DNA of 37,721 nucleotides, filler included, from Kiritimatiellia bacterium (GTDB lineage Bacteria > Verrucomicrobiota > Kiritimatiellia > RFP12 > JBMNHG01), in NCBI GenBank assembly GCA_050950285.1. It is 3 parts of 3 records of this genome, joined end to end, with 100 filler letters (N's around TTAATTAATTAA, not from the genome) between each part and the next. Parts side by side here need not be neighbours in the genome. Positions count along the whole stretch, not along the records: positions 19,431 to 37,721 come from JBMNHG010000012.1; 2 more parts are not named here. One strand, given 5' to 3'. Of the stretch, positions 30,642 to 37,721 are shown piece after piece. The translations under genes were made by a program, and so were the position numbers. The notes beneath the pieces were generated by a model. It did no database searches. It worked only from the letters and a program-made list of their open reading frames with translations, and had not been told where the DNA came from. Every line of letters starts with the position of its first letter. Position 1 is the first letter of the stretch.

Positions 30642-30965
30642 TCTAACGATTCGTTTGTATTGATTTACAGTGGCATGGGATATCACGCCCCCATTCTTGT
30701 TGACAGACGTGGAATAATTCTGCCCGTTGATGCCGTCCCAACCAATAGCCTTATCTGGGTAATAGGTGAATTGGGAGTTCGTCGGCGCGTAAAACTTCCC
30801 GATCAGTCAGAAGCGACATTTGACGGACATTCAGACATTGTTCGTGTTTCGCTGTATATGAAAAAATGGGGAGTTTGCGATTGTGAAGCTTCGCCGCAAT
30901 ACCATCTTGAAGAATGTCTCAACCATTAGCAGGAAAGGCTCGCGACTGATTAAGGAGGTTGAGAA

Positions 30966-33824
30966 ATGAAAATTAAACTTTTTAAGCTTTTTTCAGCACT
31001 TTCACGTGTTGCTTTGGTTGTGCGAAAATTCGCAATAAACTTCATGCGATCGATTGACATCGCAACGCTTCGCAAAACCAGCTACGGATGGGAAGCGTCG
31101 GAAACCACGAGCTATCCCCATGGCATATCCGACTTCCAAGTCCACACCGACGCGCGGGGACTCGTCACCCAAACCGCGTTCACCCAAACCCCCGCTGAAA
31201 CCATCCGGACGACGGACACCTTCGACGGCTCCGCGCTTCTGATGCGCACCACCTCGCGCACCGTGCGCGGCGGCGGTTCCACCACCCGCCGGGAATGGGA
31301 CGGCGAATGGACGGAAGCAAGCACCACCACCACGTTCGCCCCGGACGGGCGGCGAATCGAAATCGCCACCCTCGCCACGTCCGACGCTCCCACGGTCACA
31401 AACAGCGTGGTGGAATACGACTTCCTCGGGCGCATCGCCGCTTCCGAAACGCCGCTCTCCCGAACGGAATACGCCTACCACGGCAGTTCGCGCCGCATCG
31501 CGTCGGAAACGGAAATCCGCTCCGGAAGCGTCGCGACGCCCCTCTACGACGAACTCGGCGACGCCATCGGAAGCGTGGCCGACGGCGTGGCGTCGATGTC
31601 GCTCACCACCTACGAACTGCGCTCCAACGTCTGGTGGCGCGTCGCGACCTCCTTCCTGACGGCCGACGGCCGGACCAACGGGCTTTCCGTGTCCCGCACG
31701 CGCCTGACGGGGCTTTCCAACGCCCTGCGCTCCTGCGTCGAAACCGAGGCCGACGGCGCGACCACGCGCGTCGCCACGTCGTTCGACCCGGTCGCCAAGG
31801 TGTCCACCGACACCCTCGAACGCACCGGCATGGCGACCACGACGCGCAAGCGCATGTTCGGGCGGGAGATCGAGGCGACGGACGCCGACGGCGTCACCCG
31901 CTACAACTACTTCGACCCCTACGGCCGCGTCTACCTCACGCGGGAGTTCACGGGCGAACGCTTCCACTGGCGCACCCTTGCCATGCGCGACAGCGTCGGC
32001 GACGTCTACGCCTCCGCCCGCTTCATCGGCGGCACCCCGCACTGGAACAACGTCGCCCGGTTCAACGGCTTCGACGCGCGCGGCAACCTCGTCGCCTCCA
32101 CCAATGAAATGGGATGCATCGCCTATTCGCTCTTCGACTCCGCCGGACGCCTCGCCGTGCGCTTCGGCGCCGTCCATCCGGTGGGCTACGGCTACGACGC
32201 GACGGGACGCCTGAAGTCCCTCTTCACCACGCGCAGCGGCGCAACGTGGGACGTCACGCACTGGAACTACGACCCCGCCACGGGGCTGGTCACCAACAAG
32301 GTCTATGCCGACGGCTCCACGCTTGCGCATGGCTGGACGAGCGACGGCCTGCCGGAGCGCACCACCTGGGCGCGCGGCGCATGGCGTCATGTCGCGTACA
32401 ACGACCGGCGGCTTCCCGCCGCCGTCTCGTACTCCGACCCCGGCACGCCGGGCCATGAATTGTCCTACGACGCCTTCGGGCGGCTCGTCGCCGTGGCCGA
32501 CGCCGCCGGACGCCGCCACGGCTACGCCTACGGCGCTTCCGCCGCCTCGCCGACGAACGAGACCGCCGCCGCGGACTCCGCCACGAACGCCATCGCCCGA
32601 ATCCTCGACGCCAACGGCCGCTCGGTCTCCACGACCTTGCGCGTCAGCGGCGCACCGCGAGGCGGAACGTGGCATGCCTATGCGGACTCGGGCAGGCTGG
32701 CGCAGGTCGCCGCCACCAACGCCCAGGGGCGCGGGCTTGTGGCCGCCTACACCAACTTTGCCGGGCGCTCGTTTGGTCATTCGGTCGAACTGCCCTCCGG
32801 CGCGGTCTTCACGCGGACGCTCGCGCGCGACGCCTACCGCCCGAACCGCGTCACCTCCATTGTCCATGCGTTCGACGGCGTGGAGGTCAGCCGATACGCG
32901 CACACGTTCGATGCGCTCGACCGCCTCGCCGCCCGCAACGCCGACGCCTTCGGCTACAACGCCCGTTCGGAAGTCGTTTCCGCCACCGTCGCATCCAACG
33001 AATACGCCTACGCCTACGACCACATCGGAAATCATACGACTTCATCCGTTAACTCTGCCACGACGGCTTACACGGCGAATGCCCTGAACCAATACACATC
33101 CTTCTCAAATCTTGTTCAATCTTGTAATCCTGTCCATGACCTCGATGGAAACATGTTGACCAATGGCATTTGGTCTTATACGTGGGATTGCGAGAATCGG
33201 CTTGTCACGGCATACTCAAACAACGTTTGCGTTGTATCCAACGCCTACGACTACCTTTCCCGTCGCGTCCTGAAGGCCACGCCCGAGGCGGTTCACGCCT
33301 TCGTCTACGACGGCTGGAACTTGATCCACGAAACCGTGACGGCGGGCAACGGCGATGTTTCGGAAATCCAGTACTTCTGGGGGCCTGACCTCTCCGGTAC
33401 GCTCCAAGGCGCGGGCGGCGTCGGCGGTCTTCTGGCCGTTTCCATCAACGGGCAGTTCTACCTGCCCTGCGTTGACAACAACGGCAACATCACCGCCTAC
33501 ATCGACGAGCAAGGCGTGATCGTGGCAGAATACATTTACGATGCCTTCGGCTCAACAATTACCGCCACAGGCTCGATAAGCGACACCTTCCACCACCGCT
33601 TCAGCACAAAATATTACGACACTGAAACGGGGCTTTACTACTACGGCTACCGTTTCTATGACCCGGCCCTCCACCGCTGGCTCAACCGCGATTCCATCAA
33701 TGAAGTCGGCGGGGTGAATCTGTATGCGTTCTGCGGGAACAACGGAGTTAATGAAGTTGATTTTCTCGGGTTGTTTGATCTTTATTTGCACACATATAAG
33801 ACGGGCACATTGGGATACACGTAA
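30966..33824 (+). pseudogene. Long orphan RHS cassette (lineage B core) with prematurely terminated C-terminal domain
   Basis: 952-aa YD-repeat ORF; core ends VDFLG at 33770, stop 17 codons later, second stop at ~33897, then IS; NRDSI replaces conserved NRDPI. Confidence 0.85.
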
Positions 33825-33939
33825 ACGGAACAAGTTACGACTTTGGACGCTACAGAAATCGATATAAGTGGTCGCTCTATTCTGGCCCGAATATTTTAAA
33901 AATTTCCAATGGATTGCCGAAGAACAGTGACAGATTAAT

Positions 33940-35956
33940 CCGAAGTTCCAGCGATTCCCAACAGCCTGCTCATTCGCAAACCCTTGCAGGCAAGCATTCT
34001 ACGCGCTTTCTGGCGCCATTTTCCCGTTCCGCTTACATGGAAACGCCCTTGTTGTTCCGCCAGCAGGCGTGGTCCGCCTCGAGCAGTTGGAAGGCTTTGG
34101 CCTGGAAGGCGTTCGGCATCGTGTCGCGGGTAAAGCGCACGGCGGTTCTGCCTTCTCCGAAACAGCATGTGTTGCGCACCTGTGTCGATAGCGCGCCAAG
34201 CAGCCCGTCCCAGCGCCGGAGCCGCAGTCCGTCAGTGGTGCGTTTCCGGGCGCGCTTGCGCTTGAGGTTTTCCGAGGGCTGCGCCTTGGCGACGGGATCG
34301 CGGCTGGCGCGGGCGGCTTCCAGTTCCTCGTCGGCGTAGAGCAGCGGGGCCAGGGCCTGGCGCATGTGCCATTCCACGTAATAGGCGAGCATGCACAGCA
34401 GCACGTGCGCGCGCACGCGGTCCTCCAGGCGGTGGTAGACCGGGCGGACGAGCAGATCGACGCCCTTGAAGGTCCTGAAGGCCTGCTCGACGTCGCCCAG
34501 GCTCTTGTAGGCGCGCACCGCGTCCTCTGCGGAAAGCGACTCGGGCGTCTCGCTGGTGCGCACGACGCAGATGCCGTCCAGGGCGGCCTCGCGGGCGATG
34601 GATTCCGTGTCGCGCTCCCAGCCGAAGTGGTTGTCGGCGATGTCCAGCCTGAAGTGCTTGGCGACCTTGTAGCGGTTGATCACGCGTCCCGCCCTGACGC
34701 CGATCCCGGCTGCCGTCAGGGGTTTCCTCCTCCGGCGCCCCACATGGTCGCGCAGCTTGACGAGATCCTTCTCGGTGGACTCCAGCAGCTCGCCGCGCAT
34801 GCGGGCGCGGTCCATCGCCAGCAGCGGGTTGTAGCAGGCCACCAGCCGTTCGCCGGGGAAGTCGGGATGGATGATCTCGGCCAGGTTGCCCTGCGTGAAC
34901 AGCGGCGCACCGGAGGGATCGCGTGTCTCCAGCAGCCTGCGGATGTCCGAGCTTCGCAGGCAGGATATCCAGCCGCAGCCCTCCTGCTTCCGCAGGCGGT
35001 CGATCTGCGTGTTCGTCAGCATGCCGCGGTCACCCACGAAGACGAACCGCGCTATGCCGAAGCCCCCGCGCAGCCGGTCGATCTGGTCCGGCACCGTCAC
35101 CGGGTCGGCGGTGTCGCCGGGATACACCCGCACCGCGACCGGCCTGCCGTCGGTATCGGTCATAAGCCCGTAGACGATGCCGGGCAGCTTGAGGCCGTCG
35201 CGGTTGTATCCGCGCTTTGCCAGGGGGCATTGCTTGCCGTAGTAGGAGCTGCTCGATACGTCGTACAGGACTGTCGCCCCCTCGGCAAGGTGCCGCCCGG
35301 CCAGCTTGCGCTCGATGAAGGGCTGGCGGGCCGCGAGCCAGTCCATCGCCGCATAAAGGTCGTTCTCGTCCACGTCCTGCACGCCGAACTCCTGCGCGAG
35401 CGTGGAGTCCCCGAACAGGGAGACCGTCTCCAGCTTCGAGCCCGGCTCTATTATGCGCTGGGCTATCATCGCCAGCACGATGTCGCGCTCCGGGCAGGGC
35501 TTGGACGACACCAGATCCCGCATGCCGAGCCGGCTCATTGCCGTGCGGACGGCCCTGACGTGGCCGCATGGCAGGGATCGCTCGATCTCGAAAAGGCTGT
35601 CGGCCTCCACAAGATGTTCGCCCTTGAGCGCGGCGCGCAGCGCCGCCACCGCCTCGGGCGGCAGCATCGACAGGTTGGCAAGCGTGCGCTTGACGGTGCG
35701 CCCGCCCTCGCGGCAGCTCTCGCGCAGCAGGATTGCGGGCGGGGATTTGCGGTTCGGCACGATGTCAATGTACATGGGCTCAATTTAGCAGACCTTTCAG
35801 TCTCATGCAAGCGTAAAAATGGTGTTTCGTCAAAAAAGTTATTAACAATTACATGGGCGCAAATGGAACGGATTTTGCTGCCTTAGGGGTGCCGGAATGC
35901 CGCTAAATCAAGGAAATATGGCCGTTTCGGGCCTGAAAGAGCCGCTGGAACTTCGG
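33940..35956 (-). mobile_element. IS1634-family insertion sequence, copy 2 (2017 bp), no target duplication
   Basis: Same 14-bp IRs as copy 1; flanks ATTAAT and TTTAGC do not match. Confidence 0.95.
34033..35775 (-). CDS. IS1634-family DDE transposase (580 aa), close paralog of copy 1
   Basis: Same length and motifs with scattered substitutions. Confidence 0.93.
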   Translation of the reverse strand: MYIDIVPNRKSPPAILLRESCREGGRTVKRTLANLSMLPPEAVAALRAALKGEHLVEADSLFEIERSLPCGHVRAVRTAMSRLGMRDLVSSKPCPERDIVLAMIAQRIIEPGSKLETVSLFGDSTLAQEFGVQDVDENDLYAAMDWLAARQPFIERKLAGRHLAEGATVLYDVSSSSYYGKQCPLAKRGYNRDGLKLPGIVYGLMTDTDGRPVAVRVYPGDTADPVTVPDQIDRLRGGFGIARFVFVGDRGMLTNTQIDRLRKQEGCGWISCLRSSDIRRLLETRDPSGAPLFTQGNLAEIIHPDFPGERLVACYNPLLAMDRARMRGELLESTEKDLVKLRDHVGRRRRKPLTAAGIGVRAGRVINRYKVAKHFRLDIADNHFGWERDTESIAREAALDGICVVRTSETPESLSAEDAVRAYKSLGDVEQAFRTFKGVDLLVRPVYHRLEDRVRAHVLLCMLAYYVEWHMRQALAPLLYADEELEAARASRDPVAKAQPSENLKRKRARKRTTDGLRLRRWDGLLGALSTQVRNTCCFGEGRTAVRFTRDTMPNAFQAKAFQLLEADHACWRNNKGVSM

Positions 35957-35957
35957 T

Positions 35958-36248
35958 TTAGCATGATGCTCCAGTCGCAAGAGGAATAAAAATTAGCGAG
36001 GTGATGACAATGGCAAGCGTCAGCGAAACAAACAAATTGCGCTTAAACGTAAAAAGCAGCGGAATGGAACTAATTAACCCAATGGGAAGGGCATAAAGGC
36101 AAGCCACAAGAAAATCATTATAATTGAACATCCAATAACGGGCAACAATTCCCATAATCAAATACATATCAAGCAGAGAAACCCCAGACAGAAGTAATAC
36201 CGCCTTAAAGAAACGACTGCCCATGTTTATGTTCCCCATAATGCTCAC
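35958..36248 (-). CDS. Small 3-TM membrane protein, putative immunity protein
   Basis: Three hydrophobic segments; GTG 36248 overlaps upstream TGA (GTGA); low GC. Confidence 0.65.
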   Translation of the reverse strand: MSIMGNINMGSRFFKAVLLLSGVSLLDMYLIMGIVARYWMFNYNDFLVACLYALPIGLISSIPLLFTFKRNLFVSLTLAIVITSLIFIPLATGASC

Positions 36249-36408
36249 CAAACAGGACGAACTGAATAATAGTCCGCGATGCGAGACAATTTTCGAGCCA
36301 ACTCATAGGTGTCAACATCATGCGATTGATGTCTATTAAAATTGGCAAGACCGCGAGTTGGACTGTATAAATCCGCGCTTCCCGCAGCAGGATACAGGGT
36401 CAACAAAT
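36245..36408 (-). CDS. 3' exon of the intron-interrupted gene, probable end of a toxin-like C-terminal domain
   Basis: Open frame LLTLYPAAGSADLYSPTRG...YYSVRPVW* from the intron boundary to a stop overlapping the next start. Confidence 0.5.
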
Positions 36409-37721
36409 ATCGCGGTAGGGACGCCCGTTGCCGGGCGCCCCCCGCACGGATCCCGGCGTGCGGAATTCCCGCACCGGGCTCTTCGGGACTGCTCGCTTTG
36501 CACTCGGTCTTCAACGCGCCCCCATGAAGGAAAACAGCATCTGCCCGCTCTCGGTGATCCGCGGTCCCGGCACCCCGTGGCGCTTGAGGATCGCATTGAG
36601 ACGGACCCAGGTCAAGCCCCGCTTCTGGCTTCTGCGGTTGAGCCACTTGTAGAGCCCAGCCACCACCTGCCTCCAGAACTTGCACAGGCTGCGCCCGTTG
36701 CCCGTCACGCCGTAGTACTGCCAGTACCCCGCGAGCTTGCGCCCCAGCCGTTCCATGAGAACGGGCAGGCGTTCGCCCCGGTTGGCCTTGATCCACTCGG
36801 CGAAGCGTTCCACCGACCGCCGGAGACGGCTCGGAGCCGTCCGGCGCTGCACCTTCCAGCGTCCGTTTCGCGTACGCTCCCAGTGGTACTGGAACCCCAG
36901 GAAGTCGAAGCCGCCGTTGTCGCCCGACGGGTTGCCCCGCTCGAAGCGCACCAGCCGCGTCTTCTCCCCCGACAGCTCCAGGCCGAACTTGCCCAGTCGC
37001 CCGGGCAGTTCCCCAAGGAAGCGTTCCGCGTCCTCGCGCCGCTCGAAGGCGACCACGAAGTCGTCGGCGTAGCGCAGCATCACGCATCGGCCCGGCGTCG
37101 TCCTCCTGACCACGCGGTCGAACCAGAGATCCAGCGCGTAGTGCAGGTAGACGTTCGCCAGCACCGGCGAGACCACCCCGCCTTGGGGCGTCCCCTCCGT
37201 CGGATGCAGCACCCGTCCGTCCGTTTCGAGCACCCCCGCCTTGAGCCATTTGCGCACCAGCCGCAGAAACGGCTTGTCGTCGATGCGAAGCTCCAGCATC
37301 CTGAGCATCCAGTCGTGATCGACGTGCTCGAAGAAGCCCTTGATGTCCGCATCGACCACCCACGCATAGCTCCCCCCGCCGAGCCTCGCCGCCCATTCGC
37401 GGCTGGCCTCGCGGGCGTCGCCGCCGGGACGGTAGCCCCGGCTCGCCGGCAGGAAGTCCTCTTCGTAGATCGCCGTTAGCACCTTCGCCACGGCCATTTG
37501 CAGAAGTTTGTCCTCCAGCACAGGGATTCCGAGGGGACGCAGTTTCCCGCCCCCCTTTGGAATGTTCACCCTGCGCACCAGTCGGGCGTGGTACCGCTTG
37601 TGCTTGAGCCGCTCGACCAACGCCGCGAGGTTGGCGTCGAGGTCGCGTTCGTAGTCGTCGAACGTCACCCGGTCAATCCCCGGCGCGGCGTCCCTTCGCA
37701 ACGCCCGAAAGCATTCGCGCA
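36409..37721 (-). mobile_element. Group II intron (3' part; 5' end outside window)
   Basis: After the RT stop: domain V GAGCCCGGTGCGGGAATTCCGCACGCCGGGATCCGTGCGGGGGGC, domain VI GCCCGGCAACGGGCGTCCCTACCGCGAT ending AY at 36409. Confidence 0.93.
36511..37721 (-). CDS. ltrA: Group II intron reverse transcriptase/maturase, no endonuclease domain, 5' partial
   Basis: APGID, IPK.GGK.RPLGIP..ED, GTPQGGVVSPVLAN.YLH, RYADDF, FDFLGF, domain X G.WQYY; frame stays open past the window edge. Confidence 0.93.
   Translation of the reverse strand, partial: RECFRALRRDAAPGIDRVTFDDYERDLDANLAALVERLKHKRYHARLVRRVNIPKGGGKLRPLGIPVLEDKLLQMAVAKVLTAIYEEDFLPASRGYRPGGDAREASREWAARLGGGSYAWVVDADIKGFFEHVDHDWMLRMLELRIDDKPFLRLVRKWLKAGVLETDGRVLHPTEGTPQGGVVSPVLANVYLHYALDLWFDRVVRRTTPGRCVMLRYADDFVVAFERREDAERFLGELPGRLGKFGLELSGEKTRLVRFERGNPSGDNGGFDFLGFQYHWERTRNGRWKVQRRTAPSRLRRSVERFAEWIKANRGERLPVLMERLGRKLAGYWQYYGVTGNGRSLCKFWRQVVAGLYKWLNRRSQKRGLTWVRLNAILKRHGVPGPRITESGQMLFSFMGAR

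Larger units (their letters stand above)
28431..30929 (+). pseudogene. Lipoprotein gene (orphan immunity-like) interrupted by IS1634-family copy 1
   Basis: VSRRILLNLACVVFVSG-C leader; removing 28626-30647 gives ...MATANSN|DSFVLIYSG...CLNH* in frame. Confidence 0.8.

Noticed and set aside
30582..30929. 115-aa stand-alone ORF
   Set aside because: Its first 20 codons come from the IS end; the rest is the 3' half of the interrupted lipoprotein gene.
28626..35956. Composite transposon carrying the 30966 RHS gene
   Set aside because: Copy 1 has its own target duplication and splits a gene that rejoins locally; outer flanks TCTAAC and TTTAGC do not match.
36511..37721. RT as a DGR, retron or defence RT diversifying the RHS tips
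   Set aside because: Canonical group II intron RT with domain X and adjacent DV/DVI; no template/variable repeat pair with adenine-specific mismatches seen.

Overview
The window is three unrelated-looking contigs joined by artificial N44-TTAATTAATTAA-N44 linkers (13377-13476, 19331-19430). Contig 1 (1-13376, GC-rich) carries a ~2500-aa RHS/YD-repeat gene on the minus strand (N-terminal membrane segments, NIDO-like region, DxDGDG repeats, Cys-rich linker, RHS cage, HExxH C-terminal domain), downstream partner/immunity genes and orphan RHS cassettes, a divergent fucI, a bidirectional terminator and the 3' end of mutL. Contig 2 (13477-19330, AT-rich, Bacteroidales-like) is a co-oriented, partly decayed array of small membrane/lipoprotein genes punctuated by a ~120-bp repeat, one copy of which appears split by a 1.14-kb insert. 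Contig 3 (19431-37721) is an array of RHS C-terminal-domain/partner cassettes sharing core sequence with contig 1, hit by an IS1380-family element, two IS1634-family elements and a group II intron. Most notable: an apparently T6SS-independent, membrane-anchored RHS system whose partners are mostly exported lipoproteins; several different ~9-nt tandem micro-repeats sitting in-frame in RHS loops; scrambled in-frame core junctions at CGAC; and a group II intron in the sense strand of a probable toxin gene. All assignments are by eye from motifs; no database search was run.
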